This document shows positions 13,762 through 26,335 of a stretch of DNA of 64,000 nucleotides, piece by piece. A model generated the notes under the pieces. That model saw only the letters and a program-made list of their open reading frames with translations. It made no database searches and was not told the origin of the DNA. The translations under genes and the position numbers were made by a program. Each line of letters begins with the position of its first letter. Within the stretch, counting starts at the first letter, position 1. The DNA comes from Eledone cirrhosa. Taxonomy: Eukaryota. Location of the stretch: the NCBI GenBank assembly GCA_964016885.1, contig OZ024745.1, forward strand, positions 93,062,001 to 93,126,000. The letters are read 5' to 3'.

Positions 13762-15370
13762 CTAAAAGGTAAACAGAAATAACAACACAATCAGTACAGT
13801 ATATGGAAGATTTATATTAGGTTAACGCTTGATATAGCAGGAAGAAGGTCTTAATGTTTCGGACGTTAGCCCTTCATCAGAAGAAAGAATGAGAAATAAA
13901 ATAGATTGAGGGGACGGGCAGGATGGAATTGGAAAAAAATAACAGGTCCATTCATGTTGACATCTCTTGCAAAACTGTTGGTGCTGGCGTTTTGTGTATG
14001 ATTTGTTTTTTAGAAAAGTGGATGATGGAGCGCGTCTACCTAAAATGGAAAAAAAAACGTTTTGTAAAAAGAGCTATACTTGAGCACGTGCATAAGCATG
14101 ACTTTGTGTGTGTGTTATTATAGGTCTGTACGAAGCTATGAGCAAAAGTATGTTAATATAAGGGTGTGTCTTGGCATGTATTAGTAATAAGAGAAGCTGC
14201 TAATGATCAAGGGGTGTGATAATGGATGGGGTAATAGAGAAATTGGGGAGGTGAGTTGAGTCCAAGAGGGGAATAAGACCCAAGACGGTGAATCAGACTT
14301 TGTTCAGTCCTGGTGCGCGAGGCCTGTGATCCATGATGGAAAAGGACACCCAGGTCTGAAACATGTAGGGAAGAATGACTAGGAGAACAGAAATGATGGG
14401 TGACAGAAGTATCCAAACCAAGTCTGATGTCCCTCAAATGTTCGGCAAAACAATCTGCCATACGGTGTCCCGTTTGTCCGATATATAAAGACCCGCAAAG
14501 GGAACACCGGAGGGCATAGACAATGTGGGTAGATGTGCAGGTGAAGGAATGGCGGATACGGAAAGACGCGTTAGGGCCTGTAAGAGTGGTGAGGGGGGAA
14601 ATAAAGGGACAAGTGTTGCAGCGGGAACGGGAACAAGGAGTCGTGGGAGATGACGAAAAAGAACTGCAAACCAGGAGGTCGCGGAGGTTTCGGCACGCTT
14701 AAAAGCAGTAATGGCTGGGTTTGGAAAAAAGCAGAAGTGACGGGGTCAGAAGAGAGGATACGGAAGAATGGAGGATATGTCGCTGGAGTGATGGGAAAGG
14801 AATGCGGGGGTGAGGTGAGAGGGCTGTGGTGCGGTCTGTTTCCCGGGCACGGGTGAGAGCAGCCTGGATCAAGGTGGGGGGATATCCACGCTGGATGAAG
14901 CAGGAAGCCATGCAAAGGGAATATTCAGAAATTATCTCGGCGAGACAGTTGCGCACAGAAACGATAGGACGGCCAGGATTATTTTTTTTGTGTATTTTGG
15001 GGAGGAAGTAGATGGTGGGTGTGCAAGGGGTGTGTACAATAAGGTTGGTGGTTGTGGGGGGTAGGGGAGAGGAGGAGATGAGCTCGTGAATGGTGGAGGA
15101 CATGAGTTGTTGGTAGCCAGGAGTGGGGTCGGAGGATAAAGGGAGGTAAAAAAGGGTATTGTGAAGCTGGCGGAGAGCCTCAGCCCTATAGAGGTCAGCG
15201 CTCCAAACCACCGCAGCGCCACCTTTGTCAGCGGGTTTGATGACAATGTCATCGCGACGCTGAAGGTTGTGAAGAGCGGAGAGCTCAGTTCACGTGATGT
15301 TAGAGTAACGAGAAATGCTGGTGGAAACGGAACTGATTCACAGTAAGCCGGCAAGTATCAACAAAGGAGT
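13762..15370 (-). mobile_element. Penelope-like element (probably Neptune-type), internally deleted
   Basis: RT N-terminal motif TPTIYFLPKIHKKNNPGRPIVS; GIY-YIG endonuclease FTCTSTHIVYALRCSLCGSLYIGQTG...FAEH; RT core missing; 3' pLTR abuts a TA tract. Confidence 0.9.
13849..13884 (-). ncRNA. Minimal hammerhead motif in Penelope pLTR
   Basis: UCUU CUGAUGA A GGGC UAAC GUCC GAAA CA UU AAGA. Confidence 0.6.
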
Positions 15371-15702
15371 CGAGGGTGCTGAACTGGCCAGAGCTCGGCG
15401 TCCAAATCGATAGTCAATCGACAGATTCCCAGACTCATTCGCTTAACGAGTGGGGTGGAGCTTGTCAAATCGTACTGAGAAGACAATGTTTCCATTGGTC
15501 TTTCCAATTACTAATACTATCTGTCGATCGCAACTCTAGACAGAAAGAGCAACGTGAAATAAAGTGTTTTGCTCAAGGACAACGCATCACTTAGTCTTGG
15601 AATCGAAATCAATCTTATGATTGAGAATCCAATTCTCTAACCTCTCATGCTGCCAATAAAACCACATGCACCTGTTGATTTAATATATATATGTATATAT
15701 GT

Positions 15703-16018
15703 AAAAGGTAAACAGAAATAACAACATAATCGGTACAGTATATGGAAGGAATATATTAGTTTAAGACTTGAAATAGCAGGAAGAGGGTCTTAACATTTCG
15801 GAGGCTAGTCCTTCATCAGAAGAAAGAATGAGAAATTAGAAAGATAGAAGGGACGGGAAGAGCGGGAACGGAAAAAACGTTTTTAGAGAAAAATAACAGG
15901 TCTATTCATGTTGCCATCTTTTGGAAAAGTGTTGATGCTGGCATTTTGTGTATGATATACTTTTTTAGAAAAGTGGATGATGGAGCTTGTCTACCTGAAA
16001 TGGAAAAAAAACGTATTG
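15703..16018 (-). mobile_element. Second pseudo-LTR copy of the same Penelope family
   Basis: Diverged direct repeat of 13762-14060 (aaaaggtaaacagaaataacaac...ctacctgaaatggaaaaaaaacgt), flanked by TA. Confidence 0.85.
15788..15823 (-). ncRNA. Minimal hammerhead motif in second pLTR copy
   Basis: UCUU CUGAUGA A GGA CUAGCC UCC GAAA UG UU AAGA. Confidence 0.55.
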
Positions 16019-16084
16019 TATATATATAGATCATATCATTATTCATTCTGAAATACAAAAATAGCATCTGTTTCTATTTAACAG

Positions 16085-16209
16085 GTTGTGAACAGTAAAT
16101 GGGCAAGTGAACTGTCTAATAGACATGAAACACAGAAACGGGAATACAGAAACTGGGTGATGAAAGTTCATGAAGATACTCAAGCTACAATAGGATCACC
16201 TCACGCAGT
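16085..16209 (+). CDS. FERRY3: FERRY3 coding exon
   Basis: aacAG|...|GTaaga; VVNSKWASELSNRHETQKREYRNWVMKVHED (human KWSNEL...QKQEYQEWVIKLHQD); phase-2 end matches the next exon. Confidence 0.9.
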
Positions 16210-16440
16210 GTAAGAAGTTTTATTGTATATTGATCCCTGATTACCTCACCCAGTGTAAGGAGTTTTATTGTATGTTGATCACTGATTACCCCATCCAGTA
16301 TAAGGAGTTTTATTGTATATTGATCCCTGATTACCTCAACCAGTGTAAGGAGTTTTATTGTATGTTGATCCAATATCAGCCAGTGTAAGGAGTTTTATTG
16401 TATATTGATCCCTGATCACCCCACCCAGTGTAAGTAGTTT
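16194..16440. repeat. 45-bp minisatellite, about 5.5 copies, overlapping a FERRY3 splice donor
   Basis: Unit gattacctcacccagtgtaaggagttttattgtatattgatccct. Confidence 0.92.
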
Positions 16441-17407
16441 GTACAATCTCTCGTGCACCTCTCACAAATACACACTCACACACACTAGCACACACACACA
16501 CTAGCACACAAATACACATACATGTACAACCCCTCATGCACCTCTTAGAAATACACACACCACTAAATCTCCATAATTTTTCTGATATCAACCTGCCTAA
16601 AACTGTTTCCAGAGAAGAGAAGACAAAGTTATTGGTGATACTAATATTTAAATAATCAATAGATTAAACTCCCAAGAACGGAAGCAATAAAAAGAAAAAT
16701 CATAAACTCAATCTAACACACAATCCCCTCCCCACCACCATCATATTTTCAATGTTTTACTGGTTTCAGTTATGCTGAAGAAATATGTGTAATCTTACAC
16801 ACACTTATAAACATATATTTAAATTCAGTCATATTAGTACTTTAGCATTATTTTTTTGTCAGGGTGGTGGATTGATAGTATTGGTAGAGCATTGGACCAA
16901 ATGCTTTGCAGCATAGAGTTAATTCCTTTACGTTCTGAGTTCAAAATCCTGCCTAGGTTAGCTTTGCCTTTCATCCTTACAGGGTCGCTAAATAAAGTAC
17001 CAGTAATGCACTGGGGTCGATTTAATCGGTTTTCCCTTCCCCAAAAATTGCTGGCCTTCTGCCTCAAGTAGAAGCAATTATTTTTAAATCAGTTGTCTTG
17101 CATTATGTAAGTATGAGATCAACTTTGCCTTTCATCCATTCCAAGTTGATAAAAAAAAAGTACCAGTCTAGTACTGGGTCAATTCTTCCTCTATATCTCT
17201 TTCTCATATCCATTCTCTCACTCTCTATCCTTCTCTGGAAGAAATCTGCTGTATTCAGACCTGGAGAGGAGATGGGTATCACCAGGTTTTAAAAAATAAT
17301 CTAGAAATGCTGTATGTCAATACAGTGTCCCTACGACTCCCTTGAGAGTTACGGGACCATGCATGCATTATGTAAGTAAATGTTAGTATCATCTTTTTTT
17401 TTATTAG

Positions 17408-17514
17408 TCGTCGTGTACGAGCCATGACTGCCTCGGCACTACCAGAAGCAGAAGAAGATGAAAGAATTGGACGGTCACGGATACGTTTCGAAGAAAGTTT
17501 CACCATTCACCTAG
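17408..17514 (+). CDS. FERRY3: FERRY3 coding exon
   Basis: T-rich tract ttAG|...|GTaaga; ends RFEESFTIHL(G), a conserved motif. Confidence 0.93.
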
Positions 17515-18239
17515 GTAAGAGGTCAAGTTAATTTTCATAAGTATTTATATGTTGTTATAACCCTCACTATATTTACGTACTAGACATATCCACTTCATTC
17601 TTCTTTGGAGGCACATACACTCACAGGGAGCATAGGTTTTACACCATCACTCTTCCTCCCTTTTACACACTCATACATTCACATTCACACACACACATAC
17701 ACACACAGATTTGTGCAAAAATTGAAACAGTGTTTGTTTTTTTTGATTTTTCGCCATCCCCCTTCCTCTGTTTTAACACGTGCGAACTGACATACGGACG
17801 GACATGATTCCACTTTTATTTATATAGAGATTATTGTAATTTATAGCTTAACTATATATATATCATCTTACAATAGACACAGACAACCCATGCTAGCGTG
17901 GAAGATGGACGTTAAACGATGCTGATGATGATGATGATAGCTGTGGGATTAAGAAGTTTGATCTACAACCACATGATTTTGTGGTCAATATTGCTCTGAG
18001 GTGCCTTAGACATGGGTTTCCTATCATACGCTTTGGTTGACCAAAACTATAGGCATAGGCATGGACATGTAGTTAAGAAGTATCTTTGTAACTACACGAT
18101 TTCAGGTTTGATCACAATGTGAAGGACCTTCAGTGTTTTCAACCATAGTCTTGGATCAACCAAGTTCTTGAGGGTGAAATGTGATAGACAGAAACTGTGT
18201 GGGAGGCCCATCAAAGGTAACATCCCTGTTCTTGGATAA

Positions 18240-19405
18240 TAGATTGAATAAGTTGGGTGGGCGGTGGTCACTCTCCCTCCACTTTTCCAACCTGTAAGCC
18301 GCCGATTGTGCATGCTCCAGGCTATACACGGTTAAGAAGATTTTTCTAGATTTTAATCGTCTTCTTATTTCCTGGTGGCCATAGAGTGGATGCCTGGGAT
18401 CGTGTTGTTTGTACCGTTCAGTTTTTGTGTTGACCTCTCGTCGTATGTGGGGCGGTGGAATGCCGGCAAGAGTGTATACGGCTGGAAGGGGAGTTGGTTT
18501 TAATGTTCCGGTGATCATCCGGCATGATTTGTTCAATTCTGGGTCAACTCTGTTTGCATGGCACGACCTTGTCCATACTGGTGAACAATATTCTGCAGTG
18601 GAGTAGCAGAGTGCCAGTGCTGTTTGCCTCAGTGTTAAAGGATCTGCACCCCAGCTGGTGTTGGTTAGTTTGATGAGGAGATTATTTCTAGTTGCCAGTA
18701 TACTTTTAAGTTTGTCTATGTGTTGTTTGAAGGAGAGCGTTCTATCAAGGGCATCTCCAACGTAAACTGGATGAGGGTGGTTTTCCAGTTCATGGTTGCC
18801 TGATTTTTAGTTTCCTGTTTGCTTGGTGGTTGTTAAGATGGAAGGCACACACCTGCGTTTTGCTGGCATTAGCGTTAAGATACCATTTTTTGTAGTATGC
18901 AGAGAGAGTTGTCAGGGCATTTGATAGTCTTTCCTCAATTGTGTCAAAGGAGCCTGACTGTGTTGCGATGCAGAGATCATCCGCATATATGAATCTACGA
19001 ATATTGTGAAACTGTGGCTGGTCATTTGTGTAAATGTTGAACAGCATAGGGGCTAGCACAGAGCCCTGTGGGAGTCCGTTGTTCTGGACCCTCCACCTAC
19101 TTCACCTGCCATCCATCTCAACAAAGAATCGCTGATTGATGAGCAGTGACTCAATTATGCGGACTGCAGTGGTGTTCCGAACTGTTTAAAAGAAGTGCTT
19201 CATGGTGTCATAGGCAGCTGTGAGGTCGACAAAGACTGCTCCGGTAATTTGTTTGGCCTCAAATCCATCCTCGATGTATTGAGTCAGGTTCAGTACTTGA
19301 CCGCAGCATGATCGGCCGGGTCGGAAGCCAGCCTGGTCTGGAAATAGTTGTTCTTCTACAGTAGGGGACAAGCGAGCCATGATCATGCGCTCGTATAGTT
19401 TGCAT
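18240..19405 (-). mobile_element. Vingi/Ingi-like LINE fragment
   Basis: QAGFRPGRSC...FVDLTAAYDT; LAPMLFNIYTNDQP...FIYADDL; CRMITGTLKPTP...AGIPPPHIRR; frameshifts. Confidence 0.8.
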
Positions 19406-19426
19406 ATATCTGCAGTGTGGCATATC

Positions 19427-21308
19427 TGTAGCGAAATCTGTCCACGTCTTGAACCCTGAGTGACACCTAAAAGTCAAATTCTAGGTCACCATCCTTTTCG
19501 GCATGGACAGGGGCATGCGTGGCGATAGGTATATAAAGCCTGTATGATGCCACATCTAACACACAGAGAGATCGGAGCCATACTCTATAGACAAGCTATG
19601 TAAAGATTCGCCACTACACGCCACAGTGGTCGACAGTCAACTACAGACCATTACTCTCTCTCTCTCCTGGTCTCAGACTACACCAGCCTCATGAACCAAC
19701 AACAAAAATAACATTGTCAACCTTCGCAACTCGTGGTAACTTGGTTATTGTTCTTTTTGACAGAAGTGAAGTAAACCTTTTTATCAGTAAATCAGCTTGT
19801 TATGTCATTTAACAACCACTACTAAAATACCCTTCGTTAAATTGGTGACACCGACATGATAAAAAAAAAATACGAAGTGGTATTTAAAAAAAAAGAAAAC
19901 AACACGCAGCCTTTCTTCTGATCATGGCTTCCATTGCCAATATCAACAACTTTCTCTTACCAAGCTTCTCATCTATATTCTACGATATGATAAAACTTCA
20001 TTTCAAATTATTCACCAAACTTCCATTCTCCGGAATATTTACAGTGACTTCGCTTTGATGTTTCGATTCATTACCAAACACTTCACCATGTGCTTCGTAA
20101 TCTCCAACAACAACAGACAATACTACTAGCTTCCTAGCAAGAAAGCGATAACATAAAGAAGAGAAAAACTGAACTTGTTTTAAAAAAACAATTATTTCTT
20201 TTTTTTTTTTTTTTTTTTGACAAACAATGTTCGAACATTTATTCCTTTTAAACTGAATATATGAATATTCATTTTTTTTTTATCAATGTATTACATGCCT
20301 GCATACGCACACACATTTTTTTGTCACACACCAACATGTTTTTGCCTATGGTAATTTCTTGTGTCGGTTGGGTTTCTGCGAGATCACTTTTCAACTGGTC
20401 GAGGTATGGCAACAGCTATTAAACACATGAGAAACAACCCACGGGTACTACACGCCTGGACTCACTCAGGCACGCAACTCAAAATTGCACTCACTCATGC
20501 CATAGCGTAAACCTCGACTCACTGGAAAAGCATCTTGCGTATAATAATACATCGAGAGAAATAGTCCTCTGTGTTATCATATCGTAATCCGATACCACAA
20601 CCCCAAACGTTCAGCCATCCATACACAACAGTTCAAAATACAATTACAGTTTCTTCTAAATGTTACACACACACATGCATACACTGTTATGCAATATTTA
20701 TTTTCTCTCTCCAAATTTCTCTGCACTCGAAATGCGGGTGCAGTACCCACATTTTGTGTGTTTTGGGACACGCTTCTGGAATCAGATTTTGCTACCCCTT
20801 TTATAATCGATCGACACTCCTGCATCGATCTGGGTAAGGAACTAATGTAGCGAAATCTGTCCATGCCTTGAACCCTGGGTGACACCTAAAGGTCAAACTC
20901 TAGGTCACCATCCTTTTCGGCATGGACAGGTGCATGCGTGGGCGATCCCTCAAGGCAGGGAGACAGAAAGCGACAGGTATATAAAGCCTGTGTGATCCCA
21001 TGTCTAACACACAGAGAGATCAGAGCCGTACTCTATAGACAAGCTATGTAAAGATTCACCGCTATCTACAGGCCACAGTGGTCTACAGTCAACTATAGAC
21101 CATTACTCTCTCTCTCTCTCTCCTGGTCTCAGACTACACCAGCCTCATGAACCAACAACAAAAATAACATTGTCAACCTTCGCAACTCATGGTACCTTGT
21201 TTATTGTTCATTTTGACTGAAGTGAAGTAAACCTTTTTACATATAAAGTAAATCAGCTATTCTTGTTATTATATCTAACAACAATCCTTTTTAATACTCT
21301 TCGTTAAA
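19427..21308 (+). mobile_element. Non-autonomous LTR retroelement (LTRs 19427-19841 and 20846-21308)
   Basis: Direct repeats starting TGTAGCGAA and ending TTCGTTAAA; PBS-like TGGTGACACCGAC at 19843; purine tract before the 3' LTR; TATC target duplication. Confidence 0.88.
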
Positions 21309-21404
21309 TATCTACATTCTATTCAATCATATCTTGTATTTTTTCTCTTTCATTGGTTTCAGTCATTGGACTGTGGCCATGCTTCAGCTTTATTTCTATC
21401 CCTC

Positions 21405-21680
21405 TAAGTTCTTCTTCCCCCACTTATTCCTGAGAGGGTCATGGGAGCCAGAGTCATCAAACACTCCTTCCAACAGGTCCTGTCAGAAGCAACCATTTCC
21501 AACTGATCTGGCTGGATCCCCAAGCAAAACCAGCCATGCTCATGGATGTTATTCAACCATCTTGCTCGGGGTCTGCTCCTGGGTCTTCTGCTGGTTGGTT
21601 TTGCCCATAAAATCTGTCCAGCAATTCTTTCCTGAGACATTCTAACCATATGTCCTCTAAATTCTGTGTTCAAGATCCCC
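21405..21680 (-). mobile_element. 3' fragment of a second RTE family (related copies at ~3180-3295 +, ~28660-28920 +, ~45270-45510 -)
   Basis: GHMVRMSQERIAGQILWAKP...RPRARW; shared end ccctctcaggaataagtggg. Confidence 0.75.
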
Positions 21681-21892
21681 CAGGAAGGATCTTTGCCTTT
21701 CATTCTTTCTTCCTAAGTATTTGAAATAAATACTAGTTAGGTATTGGAGTATTAGAGGTAATTGTGTTAAAGAAACTTTTATTATTTGTCATTTTATGAT
21801 GTCTGATATAAATTAATTGAGCTTAAGTTATTGGATATTTTCTACAGTTTTGATTAAGATGATTAATAATGAATTTCCAAATTGTTATTAGT

Positions 21893-22023
21893 TAATTTTT
21901 GAAACAATAGTATTATATATATATATTACTTTTTAGCAAGAAGTCCCTAATGTTTTTTGAAACAATAGTATTATATATATATTACTTTTTGGCAAGAAAT
22001 CCCTAATGTTTTTTGAAACATAG

Positions 22024-22063
<40 letters not shown>

Positions 22064-22200
22064 CTTTTTTGCAAGAAGTCCTTAATGTTTTTTGAAATAA
22101 TACTATTATATATATTACCTTTTGGCAAGAAGTCCTTAATGTTTTTTGAAATAATACTATTATATCTATCACTTTTTGGCAAGAAGTCTTTAATGTTTTC
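21893..22200. repeat. Minisatellite of about 55 bp with variable internal (TA)n, about 5 copies
   Basis: Unit tttttgaaa(c/t)aatagtatta(ta)n ttactttttggcaagaagtccttaatg. Confidence 0.9.
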
Positions 22201-22231
22201 TGTGTTTGTTTTTATCTTCATCTTCAAACAG

Positions 22232-22316
22232 GGGCACAGATGAAGACAACACACAATTTGAGGCTTGTGTGTATAGATATTCTTGATCTCTGTCGTCATA
22301 AACCTCATACAGTTGG
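22232..22316 (+). CDS. FERRY3: FERRY3 coding exon
   Basis: aacAG|...|GTaaga; GAQMKTTHNLRLVCIDILDLCRHK (human [24 protein letters not shown]). Confidence 0.95.
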
Positions 22317-22559
22317 GTAAGAAGTTATTTCTTTTCTATATTGTATTCACGAATTACACGAAACCTAAGTTTTTTAATCATTTTGACATTATTTATTCTT
22401 CAAATAAAAATGTCTTGTAGGCTTTTCCAAAACCTGGAGTGCTTATAAAAACTTGTGCTGTATTCTCATTTCATACAATCAGGCATATGAGAGTGAAATT
22501 TCTATTTCACAGATAATATTCACCAAAGTAAAGATTGATATTTGTTTATATATATAATG

Positions 22560-22793
22560 CAGGGGCAGTGGAACTGGGGAGCCCCCCCCCCAATAATAAT
22601 TATATTTTTCTCCCCAAACCACCAAAACACACATCTATTTGTATACGTGCTATAATTTATGTACATGTTATGTTTAATCGCATATCAGTTTTTTATGTCT
22701 TGGCCAATATTTGATAACAGCTAAACTAACCACTACAACTAAATTCACTTAATTTGCCCCCTTCCCCATTTAGAAATGCTTCCACTGCCCCTG
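22560..22793. mobile_element. MITE with 14-bp TIR and 5-bp TSD
   Basis: TAATG|CAGGGGCAGTGGAA...TTCCACTGCCCCTG|TAATG. Confidence 0.85.
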
Positions 22794-22909
22794 TAATGTA
22801 AAAACTAATTCATTGAATACCTACATAGATCTATGGAGGGGGGTACAAGCGGGTAGTTACTTCCTGGTGCAGATGTGAAAAGGATTCAAAATTTCTTCTG
22901 GTCTATTAC

Positions 22910-24725
22910 CATCATCATCATCATTTTACGTCCGCTTTTCCCTGCTTGCAAGGGTTGGACGGGTCCTATTCAGCACAGCATCTCTCCACTTGTCATGGTC
23001 CTTTGTCATCTCCTCAGTGAGTTTCAGCACCTCCGCCCATGTTTTCCGTGGTCTACCTCTACTGCGTCTTCCTTCTACTGGGATTTCTTGGCAGTCATCC
23101 TCCATACCATCTCAGCCTTCTCTCCTGCACACCACAACTTATCCGTCTTATACCCAGTTTCGCTTATACTCGTCTATGCTTGGTCGTTCACGCACATTGA
23201 CATTGCACATCCAACGGAGCATACTTGCTTCATTTCTCTCCAGCCATCGCATATCTTCTGCAGTTGCTGCCCATGTCTCACTACCATGCAGCATCGCGCT
23301 CCTCACACAGGCATCATATAACCGTCCTTTCGTACGCAGGGAGAAACCCTTCTTTGTCAACAGAGGAAGCAGCTCCATAAACTTCTTCCAACCCATCCTT
23401 ATTCTAGATACTATGGCCTCAAAACACCCCTCCTCCTATGTTAATCTGATCACCTAGGTACCGGAAGCTATCAACCACTTCCATAGAACCCACCTGCATT
23501 GGAAAAATGTGATTGTCACTGCATTACTACTGCCAACTTTCCCTGTACATCTATTGCATACATAGTTTTCCCTACCTGTTAGTTTACCTGCTATCCCACT
23601 ACATCTCTTGTGTACCCAAGATCTGCATTGCGTAAATTTTATGGAATTTATGCCAGTTCCTCTCCTACATATCGAACATGGCCATTTCCTCGATGGAATC
23701 AGAGTATTGTCCTCTCTTCTACTTATCAACACTTTTGTTTTAGCTATGTTCACTCTCAAGCCTCTTGATTCCAACTGCTGTTTCCATAGCCAGCATTTAT
23801 TCTCTAGCTCCTCTACTGATTCTGCTATAAGAACCAGATCATCAGCATAGAGAAGTTCCCATGGGCAGCCAGTCTTAAACTCCTCTGTTATGGCTTGGAG
23901 GACTATAATGAACAAGAGCGGGCTGAGGACCGAACCCTGATGTACACCTACTTGTATCTGGAATTCCTCACTAAATTCCATTCCTATTCTCACTTTACTG
24001 ACAGCATCCTTGTACATAGCTTGCACTGTCCTCACAAGCCATTCTTCTACACCTAGTTTCCTTAGGGACCACCAGATGACAGATCGGGGTACCCTATCAA
24101 AGGCCTTCTCTGGGTCAACAAAAGCTAAGGATAGTGGCTTATTCTTCTCTAAGAACCTCTCTTGCAGTTGCCTCACTAAGAAGATGGCATCTGTTGTACT
24201 TTTCCGAGGCACAAAACCAAACTGCATCTCATCCAATTTAACCCTTTCTCTAATCAGTTGCGCTGATATTCTCTCTGTCACTTTCATAACCTGATCCATC
24301 AGCTTTATGCCCCTATAATTGCTCCTCTCTAGAGCATCCCCTTTACCTTTGTAGCAATTTATGAGAATACTGCTGCACCAGTCTTTGGGTATGACACCAC
24401 CACATATAGCTTGATTAATGATGTGTGCAACTAGTTTAGTGCCTACTTCTTCTGATGCCTTCAGCATCTCAGCAACTATCCCCAATGGTCCAGCAGCCTT
24501 ACCATTCTTCATTTCCTTAATTGCCTCTTGTACCCTATATTCGTCAATCTCAATAGCTGGTCCCTCTGTTGGGTCTACTGGGAGTAATTTTTCTCTGTCC
24601 CATTCATTCTCCACATTCATCAGTCTCTCATAATGACATTCCCAGGCCTCCTTTTTTTGATCATTCGAGACACTAAGTACACAGGCATCATTCCGGACAC
24701 ACTTATCTCCAACAACATGCCTATT
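22910..24725 (-). mobile_element. RTE LINE, 5'-truncated and frameshifted
   Basis: ORF 23454-24620 with QFGF, AFDRVP, GVHQGSVLSPLLF, LYADDL; (GAT)n tail. Confidence 0.95.
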
Positions 24726-24959
24726 AATTAAAGTGGAATGTCAAAGGAGTCTTTACTTCTGGAGGCTAAAACAGTTTTGGTAGCACCACCTTCTGTTTCT
24801 GTTCTACCACTACTTTTACACTTTTTAAATTATAACAACCATGTCAGGTGGAGCTATGAAGATAGACATGGCCTGGGCCAATACTGGCCGAAACCTATCA
24901 AAATTACACCCACACATTTAGACCTCAATATAAGAAGTGAAACATTATTTCTCAAATAT

Positions 24960-25880
24960 ATGTGGGAGGAAAATAGTCTGCCACATGTGGACCCAACAGA
25001 GGGACCAGTTGTACAAGTCAACAGAAGCATAGTAAGACATTTAACACTTTAGCATTTAAATTGGCCATATCCAACCCAAATTCTCTCAACTCTTTCTGTT
25101 CAAACTAGCTGTAACTGGCTGTTCATACTGATGTTAAGATATTGTTCTCAAAATAAATAATATTAAAATCTCATAGATTCGAGGTAAAGTGTTTACTGCA
25201 ATAATACAATAGTAAATATAGAGTAATGTAAATGTTAAAGAGTTAAGAATATGAAGACAGGAAAAGTAGCTGGGCCATCAGGAATAATTGCTGAGATGCT
25301 GAAAACATCAGGGATGGTAGGACACACCAAAACTACCCATATTGTTAGCCAAGTAATACAAATGTCATATCCAATGGCTAGTGTCATATCCAATGACTAG
25401 TGTAGCAGCATCATCGTCATGCCAGGTGAAAGTATCACTGATGCTCACTTTCTTGTGAGGCTACTGCAGGAGAAGTTGACAGTCGATCAACTTTCGTCAA
25501 ATTGGACCGAGGAAACAATGTCTTTCTAATTGCTAAAACTATCTATCGGTCCCAACTACAAGTAGAAGGAATAACATGAAATAAAGTGTCTTTCCCAAGG
25601 ACATAACGCATCGTCCGGTCTGGGAATCAAACTCATGATTGCAAATCCAATTCTCTAACCACTCAGCCACGCGCCTTTACTAAAGTATCTAGCTAAAAGT
25701 AAGCCCCTCTATTTAGTATTTGTTGATCTGGAGAAAGCATTTGATAGAATCCTCTGTTCCATAATCTGGTGGGCACTTAGAGAAGTAGGAGTAGATGAGT
25801 GGCTTGTGAGGGCAGTACAGAGGAGCTGCCAGGATGGTCAGAATTAATGAATATAGTGAGGAGTTTAGTGTGCAAGTGGG
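24960..25880 (+). mobile_element. Old RTE fragment interrupted by a MITE and a SINE
   Basis: WEENSLPHVDPTEGP; MKTGKVAGPSGIIAEMLK; FVDLEKAFDRI pieces. Confidence 0.8.
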
Positions 25881-26335
25881 GCAGATTGTATGATAAAAAT
25901 ATCATCATCATCATCATTTTACGTCCACTTTTCCCTGCTTGCAAGGGTGGGACTGGAACTGATTCTGGCTTGATTTCTACAGCTGGATGCCCTTCCTAAC
26001 ACCAACCTCATTTACAGTGAGTGCTGGGTGCTTTTTTGCCGTGGCACCTCCACGACCACTTTGCAGTGGAATGATAGGGACCCCTGTCCTATCATCTCAT
26101 TTCTACAGCTGAGTAAACTAGAGCAATCTGAAATAAAGTGTCTTTCTCAAGGAAACAACACATCACCCGGTCAGAGAATTGAACTCACAACCTTTCGATT
26201 GCAAGCCATATGCTCTAACCACTATATATATCACACACACACACACATATATATATATTTGGTCTTAATTGTTTCCAGGTTGTAATTGTCCATCAATTTA
26301 CACTTGTGTAAGCTGGTTTCATTATATATATATAT

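Noticed and set aside
16185-16373. Minus-strand ORF with 15-aa repeats (DQHTIKLLTL)
   Set aside because: Translation of the 45-bp minisatellite; no evidence of a gene.
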